Source: Candidatus Latescibacterota bacterium
Lineage (GTDB): Bacteria; Latescibacterota; UBA2968; GCA-2709665
Reading direction: 5' to 3'
Length of the DNA: 64,000 nt
Assembly (NCBI GenBank): GCA_963662665.2
Contig: CAXXJS010000028.1
Location: 32,001 to 96,000, forward strand
Shown here: piece by piece, positions 46,426 to 58,100 of the stretch
How positions within the stretch are numbered: the stretch's first letter is position 1
Layout: each line of letters opens with the position of its first letter
The notes under the pieces: generated by a model
Databases searched by the model: none
Seen by the model: the letters and a program-made list of their open reading frames with translations, nothing else
Told to the model about the DNA's origin: nothing
Program-made: the position numbers and the translations under genes

Positions 46426-48912
46426 ATGATGAACTCGCGGCAGCGGATTGTCCCGATGGACATCGGCGATGAACTGAAAAAGTCCATGCTGGACTACTCA
46501 ATGAGCACGCTGGTGAATCGCGCGTTGCCGGATGTGCGCGACGGGCTCAAGCCCTCGCAGCGGCGCATCCTCATCGCGATGAACGACCTGAACCTGGGTC
46601 CCGCCCGGCAACACAGGAAGTGCGCCAATATCGCCGGACATACGTCCGGAAACTACCACCCGCACGGCGAGGAGATCGTCTACCCGACGCTGGTCAACCT
46701 GGCGCAGGACTTCAAGTTGCGATATCCGCTTGTGGACGGACAGGGCAATTTCGGCTCGATCGACGGGTATCCCCCTGCGGCGATGCGGTATACCGAGGCA
46801 AGGATGGCCGGCCCGGGCAGCGAGATGCTGCAGGACCTGGACAAGGATACGGTGGATTTCAACCCGAACTACGACGAACGGCTCGAGGAACCCGCCGTCC
46901 TGCCATCGCGTTTTCCGAATATGCTCTGCAACGGAGCCGTGGGTATAGCCGTGACCATGGCCACGGCGATTCCGCCCCACAACCTCCGTGAAGTGGTCGC
47001 CGGTATGTTGGCATTGATCGAAAATCCCGACCTTGATATCACGGATCTCATGGAATACATCAAGGGGCCCGATTTTCCTACGGGCGGGGTGATCTACGGG
47101 ATGAGCGGCGTGCTGGACGCCTACCGAACCGGCCGGGGGCTGATCCGGGTGCGGGCGACCGCCACCGTGGAATCCCTCAATAACGGCCGCGAAAATATCG
47201 TCATTACCGAAATCCCGTATATGGTGGCCAAAGCCACGCTTCTGGAGAAGATGGCCGATCTGGTTCGGGAGAAGCGGGTTGAAGGGATATCGAATATTCG
47301 TGACGAGTCCGACCGAAAGGGTATGCGGGTTGTGGTGGAACTGAAACAGGATACCTACAGCGAGGTGGTCCTGAACCAGCTTTACAAACATACGCAACTG
47401 GAAAGTACGTTCGGCGCCAATATGATTGCGCTGGTGGACAGACAGCCCAGGCAGCTGAACCTGAAACAGATGCTCAAGCACTATATCGATCACCGGCATG
47501 ACGTGGTGATGCGGCGCACCTCGTACGAACTTCAGGTTGCGGAAGACCGCGCGCATATCCTGGAAGGATTGAGAATTGCGCTGGATGCTATTGAAGAGGT
47601 GATTCAAATCGTCCGCGGAGCGGCCGATCCCGATGTCGCCCGGTCGACCCTTATGGATCGGTTATCCCTGTCCGAGAGACAGGCGCAAGCGGTTCTCACG
47701 ATGACCATTCAGCGGCTGACGGGACTTGAACACCGGAAGATCGAAGAGGAATATCAGGCCCTGGTAGAAAAGATCGCGCGGCTGAAGTCTATTCTGAACA
47801 GCAGGGCAGAGCGAATGGAGCTTGTGAGGTCGGAACTGTTGGAGGTTGAAGCGAAGTATGGAGATGAACGACGAACCGACGTCGTTTTGTCGGCATCGGA
47901 GTTCAACATCGAAGACCTGATTGCCGACGAGGACATGGTCATCACCATCTCCCATCAGGGATATATCAAACGACTTCCGGCGGACACGTACCGCCAGCAG
48001 CGCAGGGGTGGACGCGGCGTGACGGGTATGCGGACCAAGGAAGAGGATTTCGTGGAGCATCTCTTTATTGCCTCAGCCCACAGCTATATTCTGTTCCTGA
48101 CGGATCAAGGGCGCTGTCACTGGCTGAAGGTACACGAGATTCCGGAAGGCGGGCGTGTTTCCCGGGGGCGCCCGGTCGTCAACCTGATCGAGATCGACGC
48201 GGGTCACAATGTGGCCGCGATCGTACCGGTCAGGGAATTTGACGATGTGCGCCATCTGATGAAAGTGACCCGAAACGGTCTGGTCAAGAAGACGGTCCTG
48301 TCCGCGTACAGCCGGCCGCGGCGAGGTGGAATCATTGCGATGAACATTCTGGACGACGACCGGTTGATCGGAGCCGAAGTCACGAACGGGTCACAGGAGA
48401 TTGTACTGGCGACCCGAAACGGCCAGGCCATCCGGTTCCACGAACAGGACGTGCGCGATATGGGCCGCGGCACCCGGGGGGTTAGAGGGATTTCCCTGGA
48501 GGACGACGACGAAGTGGTGTGCATGGTGGTGGTGCAGGACGCCGGCAGCACACTGCTTACGGTCTCGGCCAAGGGATACGGCAAACGAACGTCGGTTTCG
48601 GATTACCGGTTGACCCGTCGTGGTGGCAAAGGTGTAATCAATATCAGGACCACTGAGCGAAACGGCAAGGTGGTGGCGGTGAAGGGCGTGGAGGACGAGG
48701 ATGAACTGATGATCGTGAGCCTGAACGGAATCCTGATCCGGCAGCCGATCGGAGAAATCAGTTCGATCGGGCGGAATACGCAGGGCGTGCGGCTCATCAA
48801 TCTTGACGATGACGACGAGGTGATCGACGTTGCGCGCGTGATTTACCAGAATAACGGCGAGGGCTCGGAAGGGCTTCCGCCTGAGACCGGTCCCAATGGA
48901 GACGTGCAATAG
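46426..48912 (+). CDS. gyrA: DNA gyrase subunit A
   Basis: RALPDVRDGLKP, YHPHG, AAMRYTEARM, GyrA-box QRRGGRG, CTD repeats. Confidence 0.97.
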   Translation: MMNSRQRIVPMDIGDELKKSMLDYSMSTLVNRALPDVRDGLKPSQRRILIAMNDLNLGPARQHRKCANIAGHTSGNYHPHGEEIVYPTLVNLAQDFKLRYPLVDGQGNFGSIDGYPPAAMRYTEARMAGPGSEMLQDLDKDTVDFNPNYDERLEEPAVLPSRFPNMLCNGAVGIAVTMATAIPPHNLREVVAGMLALIENPDLDITDLMEYIKGPDFPTGGVIYGMSGVLDAYRTGRGLIRVRATATVESLNNGRENIVITEIPYMVAKATLLEKMADLVREKRVEGISNIRDESDRKGMRVVVELKQDTYSEVVLNQLYKHTQLESTFGANMIALVDRQPRQLNLKQMLKHYIDHRHDVVMRRTSYELQVAEDRAHILEGLRIALDAIEEVIQIVRGAADPDVARSTLMDRLSLSERQAQAVLTMTIQRLTGLEHRKIEEEYQALVEKIARLKSILNSRAERMELVRSELLEVEAKYGDERRTDVVLSASEFNIEDLIADEDMVITISHQGYIKRLPADTYRQQRRGGRGVTGMRTKEEDFVEHLFIASAHSYILFLTDQGRCHWLKVHEIPEGGRVSRGRPVVNLIEIDAGHNVAAIVPVREFDDVRHLMKVTRNGLVKKTVLSAYSRPRRGGIIAMNILDDDRLIGAEVTNGSQEIVLATRNGQAIRFHEQDVRDMGRGTRGVRGISLEDDDEVVCMVVVQDAGSTLLTVSAKGYGKRTSVSDYRLTRRGGKGVINIRTTERNGKVVAVKGVEDEDELMIVSLNGILIRQPIGEISSIGRNTQGVRLINLDDDDEVIDVARVIYQNNGEGSEGLPPETGPNGDVQ

Positions 48913-48943
48913 GATCTGAGGACAGGGCCGCCGCCGGTTCCGT

Positions 48944-50251
48944 CTACAGCGCTTCAATTCGGAGTATCTGAGCCGGTTCGGTGATTACGGGAAGTCGATC
49001 GATCTGCTGAACGGCAGTGCGCATGCTGGCTTCGCGAGCCTCGTGGGTGGTCATAATGAGCGGCACCGTGCCCTGCTCGGTTTCAGACCGGCCGTGCTGG
49101 ATTACGGTTGCAATGCTGATATTGTGTTCAGAAAAAATGAGGGCGATTCGCGCGAGTACTCCAGGTTGATCAAATACTGTAAAGCGGCAGTAGAAGCTGG
49201 TTTCGACTTCCTCGGGCGGAATAGGATCGGCCTCGGGAAGGTCGGCGAGGGGTGCGCGGCCCGTGGGCCGGCCCGTCATACGCCGTTCGGCCAGGTCGAG
49301 CAGATCGGAAACCACGGCGCTGGCCGTGGGCATCTGTCCGGCGCCGCGACCGTACAGAACCTGGGGTCCGACGGCGTTGCCCACGATCTCTACGGCATTG
49401 AATTCGTCCTTGATATTCGCCAGAAGCGCGTCCGACGGCACGAGAACCGGGTGGACGCGGGCTTCAATTCGATTGTGAATCGCTTTTGCAATGGCCAGGA
49501 GCTTGATTGTATATCCGAGTTCCCTGGCGAAGTCGACGTCGAGCGGAGAGACGTGCGAGATGCCCTCTTTAAGGATGTGCGAGGGATTCAGGCCAACACG
49601 AAAGGCAATGCGGCAAAGAAGGGCGAGTTTCTGGGCAACGTCCGTGCCGTCGATGTCCATGGTCGGATCCGCTTCGGCAAATCCCATTTCCTGGGCGCGG
49701 CGCAGCATGGCTTGAAAGTCACCGCCATCATCGGTCATTCTGGTAAGTATGTAGTTGGTGGTCCCGTTGAGAATCCCGTAGATGGACTGAATGCGGTTCG
49801 CCGCCAGGCCATCCGTTAGCGATCGGATGATGGGTATGCCGCCGCAGACGCTGGCTTCAAAGCCGATGTTTGCGCCGTTGCGCGCGGCGGCGCTGAACAG
49901 GTCGTCGCCCTGTTCAGCCAGCAGGGCCTTGTTGGCCGTGGCCAGGTCTTTTCCGTTCTCCAGCGCTTTCAGGCAGAGGTCCCTTGCGGGGTCGAGTCCT
50001 CCCATCACTTCAACGACGATCTGGATATCGGGGTCTTCAATGACTTCGCTCGCGCTGGCGGTGAGGATATCGGTGGGCAGATCACTATCGCGCGACCTGG
50101 AAATATCCCGCACGGCGATGCGCCTTAAATCGAACGCCACGCCACGGATGGACCTGAAATAGTCGGCGCGCTGCCTGATAATGCGAACGACGCCGGCGCC
50201 CACGACGCCCAGGCCGATGAGTCCGATGCCGATGGGTCGTTGATTGGACAT
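48944..50251 (-). CDS. hom: Homoserine dehydrogenase with C-terminal ACT domain
   Basis: GLGVVG, TANKAL, FEASVCGGIP, ILNGTTNYIL, GRGAG..PTASAV, DQPGVLA. Confidence 0.95.
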   Translation of the reverse strand: MSNQRPIGIGLIGLGVVGAGVVRIIRQRADYFRSIRGVAFDLRRIAVRDISRSRDSDLPTDILTASASEVIEDPDIQIVVEVMGGLDPARDLCLKALENGKDLATANKALLAEQGDDLFSAAARNGANIGFEASVCGGIPIIRSLTDGLAANRIQSIYGILNGTTNYILTRMTDDGGDFQAMLRRAQEMGFAEADPTMDIDGTDVAQKLALLCRIAFRVGLNPSHILKEGISHVSPLDVDFARELGYTIKLLAIAKAIHNRIEARVHPVLVPSDALLANIKDEFNAVEIVGNAVGPQVLYGRGAGQMPTASAVVSDLLDLAERRMTGRPTGRAPLADLPEADPIPPEEVETSFYCRFTVFDQPGVLARIALIFSEHNISIATVIQHGRSETEQGTVPLIMTTHEAREASMRTAVQQIDRLPVITEPAQILRIEAL

Positions 50252-50441
50252 GCGGGAATCCATTTTCCGGATAATGGTTAACCGCGAATTGCCGAATATG
50301 GACAGCTTTGAAGCGACGGGTCAATATAAGACAAAGGGGAACGGGAGGCAAGGAGGGACACGCCGAGAAACGCGTGTGGGCGTTGTCGTCCGGCGATGGT
50401 TCCGGCGTCCCGTCGCCGGTTTGGAATTCACTTGAAAAGCC

Positions 50442-50470
50442 TTGACAGCTTCAGGGGGCTGTGTTATCTT
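50442..50470 (+). promoter_or_regulatory. Sigma70 promoter of tRNA-Asp
   Basis: TTGACA-17bp-TATCTT with extended TG. Confidence 0.75.
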
Positions 50471-50519
50471 TACGCCCGCTCAAAATAAAGGTCGATTTGG
50501 GCGTTTGTCAATATGGAGC

Positions 50520-50598
50520 GGGGTAGTAGCTCAGTATTGGTTAGAGTGCAGGCCTGTCACGCCTGAGGTCGCGGGTTCGAGCCCCGTCTACCCCGCCA
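50520..50598 (+). tRNA. tRNA-Asp (GTC)
   Basis: Acceptor GGGGTAG/CTACCCC, anticodon arm CAGGC-CTGTCAC-GCCTG, T-arm GCGGG-TTCGAGC-CCCGT, G discriminator, encoded CCA. Confidence 0.96.
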
Positions 50599-50875
50599 TA
50601 TAAACGAAGGATGGCCACAAAAGGTCCCTCCTTACCACCCTCCGGCAGGGTCACGGACGCACGCCACTTCTCTCACAACCGGATGGGTGGCTTTTTGTGT
50701 TTTTGTTGACGATGCCCGACTCAAAGCAGGGTCGGGCGTTTTGGTGTTGTGGACGACCCTTCGCCGGTTCACCGGAAGGTACGCCCTTGCGAATGGTCCT
50801 TTGCGGTTGACGTTTTTCCCGGCGGCCGTTTCACGTGCGGAAGTGTGTCGGCCGAAAGGATCCGAGGGAATGTGA

Positions 50876-53800
50876 ATGTCGATCAAACGGATATACGACA
50901 GGATGGTAAAGTCACAGCCGTTTGAGGAACTGGCGCGTCTGATCGACGCACGGACGCCGGCGATTCCGGTACGCGGGTTGCCGGGTTCGCTCGCGGCATT
51001 CGGCATTGCGTGGGTGGAGGAGACGGCGCCAGGGCCGGTTCTGGTGGTGTGCGCTTCGGAGGATCGTGCGGAAGAAGTGCGCGACGATCTGGAACGGGTG
51101 CTGGGTTCCAGCCGCGTTGGGATTTTTCCGGCGTGGGGAGGATCGCCGTACGACCACCGGTCCCCCCATCTGGACGTGATGGGGCTGCGGCTGGAGGCGC
51201 TGGATCAGCTGCAGCGGGAAGGTGGCGGGGTTGTTGTGACGCCGGTGGAGGCCTTGATGAGCCACACCCTCACGCCGGACCTGTATGATCTGGCGGTCCA
51301 GGAAGTGAGGGTGGGGGACGAGGTTGCGCCCGATACACTGGCTGAACATCTGGTGGATATCGGATATGAGCGTGTAACGCTGGTGGGCGGTGTGGGTCAG
51401 TTCAGCGTACGGGGAGGCATCCTCGACGTCTGCTCGTTTGGCAGCGCACATCCGGTCCGGATCGAGTTTTTTGGCGATGAGGTGGAATCGATTCGCGCGT
51501 TTGATCTGGGCACGCAGCGGTCCGTGAACAGGCAAGAGACGGTGAGGGTGCTGCCGTGCCGCGAGGCGGTCCTGGCAGAGACGCTGTCGGACGTGTTCAC
51601 GACACATCTGACGGAAGCCGAACGGCGGCTTGGAATGGGCCTGGAGGGACTGCGTGAAGCGATGGATAGCCAGGGTGCATTCGACGGGATGGAAAAGTAC
51701 CTGGGCATTCTATACAAGGACAAGACCTGCCTGCTGGACCACGTTTCGGATGGCTATGTCGTGGTGGACGACCCCGTCGCAGTCGAAACGGCCGCAGCTG
51801 ACGCGTGGGCCCGGGTGGAGGTGGCGGCCCGGCGACAGAAGAAGAGGCGCGGAGAGCCCGAGCCGCTACCCGCGGATGCCGTGGCCCGCCATCCGGAGGC
51901 GGTTCTGAGACGTCTGGGCGGAATGCGCCGGGTCCTGAACTGGCCGCTGGGCGGACGATCGGGGGAGGGCGTCCACTTTTCGGGCATCGGCGGGCGGCGA
52001 TATGAGGGCCATCTCGAAACACTGAAGGAGGATTTGAGGAGGAACTGGCAGGCAGACTACGAGGTAGTGCTGTTGTGCGAAAGCCAGGGCCAGAAAGCGC
52101 GGTTCGAGGAACTGCTGGAAGACGAGCAGAATCTGATTTCGATATACGTGGGCACCCTGCACAGCGGCTTTACATTTACGTCCCCAACCGCACGAATCGT
52201 GGTACTGAACGACCACGAGATATACACCCTTGCGCGCCGCCGCCGCCGCTACAGGCGGTTCAAGGACGCCACGCCCATCCGCAGCATTTCCAGCCTGCGA
52301 GCCGGCGACTTTATCGTACACGTTGACCACGGCATCGGGCGTTACGAGGGGATCGAGCACCTCACGGTGGATGGTGTTCGCCAGGACTGTCTGTCCATGT
52401 TCTATCGAGGCGGCGACCGGGTGTTCGTACCGGTGGATCAGATGGACCGCGTACAGAAATATGCGGGACAGGACAGCGTCGTCCCCGCGTTGAGCAAGCT
52501 GGGTACGGCAACCTGGGAACGCGTAAAGGAAAAGGCCAGGAAGGAGGTCTTCAAGATGGCGGCGGAGTTGCTGTCTCTTTACGCTGAGCGAAAGGCATCT
52601 CCGGGCATGGCGTTTTCGAATGACACGGCATTCCAGGGAGCCCTTGAAGCCTCGTTTCCGTTCCAGGAAACGAGGGACCAGCTTCAGACGATTCAGGAAG
52701 TCAAAAAGGACATGGAACATTCGGCGCCGATGGACCGACTTGTGTGCGGCGACGTGGGATACGGGAAGACCGAAGTCGCGGTGCGCGCTGCGTTCAAGGC
52801 CGTGGCCGATGGTAAGCAGGTTGCGGTTCTGGCGCCAACCACCATCCTCGCGCAGCAGCACTTCCGTACGTTTCAGGAGCGAATGGACGGACTGCCGGTA
52901 ACCGTCGACGTGTTGAGCCGGTTCCGCACGCCCCGGGAGCAAAGGACGGCGCTCGACGGCCTTGCGGCCGGCCGGGTTGACGTTGCGGTGGGTACCCACC
53001 GCCTGTTGTCCCAGGACGTCCGGTTCCGGGATCTCGGGTTGCTCGTGATCGATGAAGAGCACCGATTCGGCGTTCGCCACAAGGAACGGCTCAAGCAGTT
53101 ACGGCGGCAGGTGGATGTTCTGACCCTTACGGCGACGCCGATCCCCCGGACGCTTCATATGTCTCTGATGGGGACGAGGGATATGTCAATCATCCGTACG
53201 CCCCCCAAAGACCGGCTGCCGATAACCACCGAAGTCCTGCCGTTTGACGAAGAAAGGGTCGCGGATGCGATACTGCGGGAGGTCGACCGCGGGGGGCAGG
53301 TGTATTTTGTTCACAACCGGGTGCAGTCGATGCCCGCCATCGTCAATTTCCTGGAGCAGTTGGTCCCGCAGGTGCGGTTCGGGGTAGCCCATGGACAGAT
53401 GCCGGAAAGACAGCTTGAAAAGGTGATGATGGATTTTCTGGAGGGAAAATACGACTGCCTGGTTTCCACGATGATTATCGAGTCCGGGTTGGATATTCCG
53501 AGCGTGAATACGCTGATCGTGAACCGTGCCGACCGGATGGGGCTCGCGCAACTCTACCAGTTGCGCGGCCGGGTGGGCCGGTCCACGCGGCAGGCGTATG
53601 CGTATCTTCTGATTCCTTCGTGGAAATCGCTGAAAAAGCCGGCGGTCCGTCGTCTTCGCGCCATCGAGGAATTCGCGGATCTGGGCTCCGGCTTCAATAT
53701 ATCGATGCGCGACATGGAGATCCGAGGAACGGGCAATCTGCTGGGCGCACAGCAACACGGTCATATTGCGGCGGTAGGTTTCGAACTGTATTGCCGTTTG

Positions 53801-54286
53801 CTGGACGAGGCGATCGCGCAGAAACATGGCAGTGAGGCGGAACCTGCGGCCGAACCGGAGGTGCAGGTGGCCGTATCCGCCTATATTCCGGAAACCTATA
53901 TTTCGGATGAAGATCTGAAGATGCTGTTTTACCAGCGGCTGGGCGAATGCCGGCAGACGGTGGAGATCCTTGCAATGGAAGAGGAGTTGGCGGACCGGTT
54001 CGGTCCGTTACCCGGGCCCGCCGCGGCGCTGCTGGATACGATAGCCGTTCGGATACTGGCGCGGCAGCTTCGCGCGCACTCGGTTCGGACGGGTCGAACG
54101 CTGGCTGTCAAGTTTCCGAAAGACCGGATGTTAACGCGGAAGCAGGTAGAAGACTGGGTGGCGGCTGCGCCGGTACCGCTGCAGTTTTCCCTGGGCGACC
54201 AGGTGCTCATTGAGGCGGAGCTGGAGGGCAACGGCCCTGGGGAACGCCTCGCAAATGCCAAAAAGGTGTTGCAGTGCCTCGTCTGA
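50876..54286 (+). CDS. mfd: Transcription-repair coupling factor
   Basis: [64 protein letters not shown]. Confidence 0.97.
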   Translation: MSIKRIYDRMVKSQPFEELARLIDARTPAIPVRGLPGSLAAFGIAWVEETAPGPVLVVCASEDRAEEVRDDLERVLGSSRVGIFPAWGGSPYDHRSPHLDVMGLRLEALDQLQREGGGVVVTPVEALMSHTLTPDLYDLAVQEVRVGDEVAPDTLAEHLVDIGYERVTLVGGVGQFSVRGGILDVCSFGSAHPVRIEFFGDEVESIRAFDLGTQRSVNRQETVRVLPCREAVLAETLSDVFTTHLTEAERRLGMGLEGLREAMDSQGAFDGMEKYLGILYKDKTCLLDHVSDGYVVVDDPVAVETAAADAWARVEVAARRQKKRRGEPEPLPADAVARHPEAVLRRLGGMRRVLNWPLGGRSGEGVHFSGIGGRRYEGHLETLKEDLRRNWQADYEVVLLCESQGQKARFEELLEDEQNLISIYVGTLHSGFTFTSPTARIVVLNDHEIYTLARRRRRYRRFKDATPIRSISSLRAGDFIVHVDHGIGRYEGIEHLTVDGVRQDCLSMFYRGGDRVFVPVDQMDRVQKYAGQDSVVPALSKLGTATWERVKEKARKEVFKMAAELLSLYAERKASPGMAFSNDTAFQGALEASFPFQETRDQLQTIQEVKKDMEHSAPMDRLVCGDVGYGKTEVAVRAAFKAVADGKQVAVLAPTTILAQQHFRTFQERMDGLPVTVDVLSRFRTPREQRTALDGLAAGRVDVAVGTHRLLSQDVRFRDLGLLVIDEEHRFGVRHKERLKQLRRQVDVLTLTATPIPRTLHMSLMGTRDMSIIRTPPKDRLPITTEVLPFDEERVADAILREVDRGGQVYFVHNRVQSMPAIVNFLEQLVPQVRFGVAHGQMPERQLEKVMMDFLEGKYDCLVSTMIIESGLDIPSVNTLIVNRADRMGLAQLYQLRGRVGRSTRQAYAYLLIPSWKSLKKPAVRRLRAIEEFADLGSGFNISMRDMEIRGTGNLLGAQQHGHIAAVGFELYCRLLDEAIAQKHGSEAEPAAEPEVQVAVSAYIPETYISDEDLKMLFYQRLGECRQTVEILAMEEELADRFGPLPGPAAALLDTIAVRILARQLRAHSVRTGRTLAVKFPKDRMLTRKQVEDWVAAAPVPLQFSLGDQVLIEAELEGNGPGERLANAKKVLQCLV

Positions 54287-54432
54287 ACGGATATATTCCC
54301 GGCCGAATTCCGGGACAGAACATTCGGAACCAGACGACGCCCCGGCAGTCACATGTAAGAGCGACGGGACGGATAGACGGTCGCCCTGCGAAGGCCGTGG
54401 GGGACGTATCTCGCAATCGGAGACGGAACACT

Positions 54433-55734
54433 ATGGCAAGAATCCCTCAAAAAGGTGCGTGGGTTGCTTTGGCGGCGGGTGTGGCGTTGATCTGCACGGC
54501 GAACGCCGTGGCGAAACCGCAACTGCTCGACCAGATCGTGGCGGTGGTGGACGATCAGATCGTGTTGCGTTCGGACGTGATGTCGAACATGGCGCTGGTT
54601 GCCATGCGGCAGGGGCTGAACCGTGAGGACCTCACGCCGGACAGAGTCAGTGAGCTGTTCGACGTTATCCTTGGGAACATGATCCAGGAAAAACTCCTGT
54701 TGGCCAGGGCGGAACAGGACAGCATCGAGGTAGACGAGGAAGTCATCGAGCGTGCGGTCCGGTCCCGCGTCCGGGAACTCAAGGCGGAACATGGCGAAGA
54801 GACATTTGCCGAGCAACTTGTCGAAGGTGGTGTGACGGAACGCGATCTGCGCGATCAGTATCGCCAGGAGTTTCGGAAAGATTTCCTGCGGCAGCGGATG
54901 TACGCGCGCCTGAGTCAACAGGTCGAAGTGTCGTTCAAGGACGTTCAGGACTATGTGGCGCGGTATCAGGACCGGCTTCCGCCGCTGGTGAGTATCAGTC
55001 ATATTCTGGTAGCGATCGAAGCCTCCGACGATCGCGATACAGAGGTCAGGTCGCAGGCGGACATATTGATTGACCGCTTGCGCAACGGCGAAGATTTCGC
55101 GGCATTGGCGCAGGAGTATTCGAGCGACATGGGAAGCCGGGAAGACGGCGGCGACCTGGGTTATTTCCCGCGGGGACGCATGGTTCCGGCGTTTGAGGAG
55201 GCGGCTTTCGCGTTGCGGCCCGGTGAGATCAGTGAGCCGGTAAAGACAAAGTTCGGTTACCACATCATCAAGGTGGAAGCGGCATCCGGCGACCAGGTAC
55301 GGGCACGGCACATTCTGATTCCTTTGCAGCCGTCGACACGGGACGTGACGGCGGCGTACGACAAGGCGCTCGAACTCGCGAAACAGGCGCAGGCGGGAGC
55401 CGATTTCGCGGAGTTGGCCGGAGAACATTCCGCGCACGAGGAGACGGCGAAAAAGGGGGGTCGTATTCCCGGGCCGAACACCCCGGAAAATTTACCATCC
55501 GAATTCTCGGATGTACTGAAGACCATGCGTATGGGCGAAGTGAGCGCGCCGATTCAGACGGAGTACGGATGGCATGTCGTAAGGGTCAACGACGACCAGG
55601 CCGCCGTTAGGGAAATCATCCAGCAAGAGCGCCTGCAAGAGCGGTTTGAAGAGGTCCTTGAGGAAACGCGGGCGCGACTTTACGTGGAAGTTCGGCCCTA
55701 CGAACTGGGATACGGAAGCCGGCCGCGGGAGTGA
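54433..55734 (+). CDS. SurA-like parvulin peptidyl-prolyl isomerase
   Basis: Signal peptide; DQIVAVVD SurA N-domain; two parvulin domains ([27 protein letters not shown]; ARHIL..YGWHVV). Confidence 0.9.
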   Translation: MARIPQKGAWVALAAGVALICTANAVAKPQLLDQIVAVVDDQIVLRSDVMSNMALVAMRQGLNREDLTPDRVSELFDVILGNMIQEKLLLARAEQDSIEVDEEVIERAVRSRVRELKAEHGEETFAEQLVEGGVTERDLRDQYRQEFRKDFLRQRMYARLSQQVEVSFKDVQDYVARYQDRLPPLVSISHILVAIEASDDRDTEVRSQADILIDRLRNGEDFAALAQEYSSDMGSREDGGDLGYFPRGRMVPAFEEAAFALRPGEISEPVKTKFGYHIIKVEAASGDQVRARHILIPLQPSTRDVTAAYDKALELAKQAQAGADFAELAGEHSAHEETAKKGGRIPGPNTPENLPSEFSDVLKTMRMGEVSAPIQTEYGWHVVRVNDDQAAVREIIQQERLQERFEEVLEETRARLYVEVRPYELGYGSRPRE

Positions 55735-55839
55735 GGTCCCCCTGCAGCTGAGGTTTCGCCGCCGCCGGTGGTCTGCGCCGCCGGAACGGACAACGGGCAA
55801 CACCTGAATTCGGGATCGACTACGGGCGTCTATTTTGAT

Positions 55840-56112
55840 ATGCGGCTCGATTTATTCTTGAAGCGATGTTGTTTGACGAAGCGCCGGTCCGAAGCAAAAC
55901 GCGCCTGCGAGAACGGGATCGTAATGCTGGACGGGCGTCGCGCGAAGCCGGGACAGGTTGTTGGGCCCGGCAAGCGGGTGAGCATCTCCTTCCTGGACCG
56001 GTACCTGGAACTGAAAATCATCAAGCTGCCAACCGGGAACGTCTCCCGGGCGAACGCAGGGTCATATTACCAGGTGCTTCGTGACGAGGCGTGCGAGGTC
56101 ACTGACTTCTGA
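55840..56112 (+). CDS. S4-domain RNA-binding protein (Hsp15/RqcP-YabO-like)
   Basis: MRLDLFLK..LTKRRSEAKRACENG..LDGRRAKPG. Confidence 0.85.
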   Translation: MRLDLFLKRCCLTKRRSEAKRACENGIVMLDGRRAKPGQVVGPGKRVSISFLDRYLELKIIKLPTGNVSRANAGSYYQVLRDEACEVTDF

Positions 56113-56146
56113 CGTCATACGAATCCAGGATATCAAGTCGGCCAGT

Positions 56147-56173
56147 CCAGCCCTGCCGGGGCTGGGTTTTTTT
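56147..56173 (+). terminator. Intrinsic terminator
   Basis: CCAGCCC-loop-GGGCTGG followed by G and T7. Confidence 0.75.
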
Positions 56174-56248
56174 ATAATGGACACCCGGAGTCGCGCAATC
56201 GCGGGCTTGTCGTTTGCCCTTTCTCTGTGACCTGTTTATATTGAATTT

Positions 56249-57034
56249 ATGTTCCGAAGAAAAAAAGACATATGCAAAGCGCAGCCCTACACCAGGCTTG
56301 CGGAGATCTACGACTACGTGATGCGTCACGTGAACTATGTGCAGTGGGCGGATTACGTGGAGTCCGCCTTCGCCAGACACAACGTGGCGCCGTCGCGGGT
56401 GCTCGATCTCGCGTGCGGCACGGGCAGTATGGCGCTGGAACTGCGAAAGCGGGCTTACCGTGCTTCCGGTGCAGACGCCTGCAGGGAGATGCTGGACGTG
56501 GCGGAAGAAAAGACCCGAAGGGCGGGGTGCAACGTGGAGTTCTTCCACAGAAACCTGCTGGACCTGTCAGATCTGCCGCGGTTCGAAGCGGTTCTTTGTC
56601 TGTACGACAGCATAAATTACCTGATGACGATAGAAGACGTGGACCGGGCATTGAAGGAAGTCCACGCGATCCTGCTGCCGCAGGGCGTCTTTGTTTTTGA
56701 CGTTTGTACCGAAACCAACTCGTTGCGATACTTTCGCGGGCTGACGGATAAAGACAGTGGAGACGGATTCACTTACGTCCGTGAGAGCTTTTACAGGAAC
56801 GGGATTCAGTTCAATCGATTTGACATCCGGTTCAAGCAGACGGATGAAGCCGTGGAAGAGGTGCATCGTCAGCGAATATATGCACTGGCGGACATCCGGG
56901 CCGCCCTGGAGCGGTCTCCGTTTGCGCTGGAAGGGGCCTACGACGGTTTCGGCTTTTGCGAGCCCGATGAAGGGTCGGACCGGGTGCATTTCGTATTAAG
57001 GAAAGCCGGCGAGGCGGGTGAATCGCGCAGTTGA
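56249..57034 (+). CDS. Class I SAM-dependent methyltransferase
   Basis: LAEIYDYVM, VLDLACGTG, YDSINYL, GVFVFD. Confidence 0.9.
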   Translation: MFRRKKDICKAQPYTRLAEIYDYVMRHVNYVQWADYVESAFARHNVAPSRVLDLACGTGSMALELRKRAYRASGADACREMLDVAEEKTRRAGCNVEFFHRNLLDLSDLPRFEAVLCLYDSINYLMTIEDVDRALKEVHAILLPQGVFVFDVCTETNSLRYFRGLTDKDSGDGFTYVRESFYRNGIQFNRFDIRFKQTDEAVEEVHRQRIYALADIRAALERSPFALEGAYDGFGFCEPDEGSDRVHFVLRKAGEAGESRS

Positions 57035-57058
57035 AAGGGAGTTTCCTGAAACGGGGCT

Positions 57059-58018
57059 ATGGATTTAACCGGAGCCATATCGTTTTTCGAGCCGGACGAA
57101 CCGTATCTTCTTTCTACCCATGTCAATGCGGACGGCGACGGTATCGGATGCCTTCTGGCGTTGAGGGAAATGCTGGTCCAGAAGGAACGGGTGTGTCGGC
57201 TTGTGGTGGGCGACGAGACCTTAAATCCGAAATTTGCTTTTCTACAGGGATTTGACCATATTGAGTTGTACGGGTCTCTTTCCGACAGGCCGGTGTTCAA
57301 ACGGGCGGTATTCGTGGACACGCCCACCCTCGACCCGCGCCGGGTGGGCAACGTGGGTCGCCTCCTCGGTGTTGGCGCCCGCACGATGATTATCGATCAT
57401 CACGCGAGCGAAAAGCAGGAGGGCGACGTCCGTATCGTCGATCGGGAGGCCAGTGCCGCCAGTGAACTGGTTTACAGGCTGCTTCTGGCGGCGGGAACGG
57501 CGATCAATCCCGCGGTTGCCAACCAGATTTACGCCGGAATCGCGTTCGATACCAAGCTCTTCAGGGTCTCCCGTCCTGAGCGGGGGTTGAAGGTCTGCAG
57601 CGAACTGGTGGATTTGGGCGCGAACCCGGAGGCGGTCGCCGATGCGCTTTTCGCCCGTGAAAGCTATGAAACCATGATGACGCTGGCGGCCGCATTAGGG
57701 ACCCTGGAACTTCATTTCGGCGGTCGGGTGAATACCCTGGTGGTGGACCACGGGACTTACCGCATGGGCGGCAATCTGGATCCTGTAGTGGACCACGCCA
57801 TGGCAATTGACGGGATACAGGCGGCGTTGTTCTTCAAGGAGGAGGCGCCCGGACGGTTTCGCGTCAGTCTTCGTTCCCGGGGCGCGGTGGACGTGAATCG
57901 AATCGCCGTGACGTTTGGCGGCGGCGGACACACCCGGGCATCGGGGTGCAAGATCGAAAAGCCGATTGACGAGGCGAAACGGCTATTGCTGGACGAAGTA
58001 GGGAAGCAGCTCCGATGA
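57059..58018 (+). CDS. nrnA: DHH/DHHA1 bifunctional oligoribonuclease/PAP phosphatase
   Basis: HVNADGDGIG, IIDHH, RVSLRSRG, GGGGHTRASG. Confidence 0.88.
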   Translation: MDLTGAISFFEPDEPYLLSTHVNADGDGIGCLLALREMLVQKERVCRLVVGDETLNPKFAFLQGFDHIELYGSLSDRPVFKRAVFVDTPTLDPRRVGNVGRLLGVGARTMIIDHHASEKQEGDVRIVDREASAASELVYRLLLAAGTAINPAVANQIYAGIAFDTKLFRVSRPERGLKVCSELVDLGANPEAVADALFARESYETMMTLAAALGTLELHFGGRVNTLVVDHGTYRMGGNLDPVVDHAMAIDGIQAALFFKEEAPGRFRVSLRSRGAVDVNRIAVTFGGGGHTRASGCKIEKPIDEAKRLLLDEVGKQLR

Positions 58019-58100
58019 TTTCCGGCGATCGATCTGATCTGAATCGGGCGGCGGTCGGTAATCGATCGCGCGAACGGATGAGAGGGAGCGTGGTTCGCCC

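Noticed and set aside
50827-50842. parS-like CGTTTCACGTGCGGAA
   Set aside because: Right half-site does not match; not palindromic
50520-50875. Integrative element at tRNA-Asp
   Set aside because: No integrase and no duplicated tRNA 3' end seen; mfd follows directly
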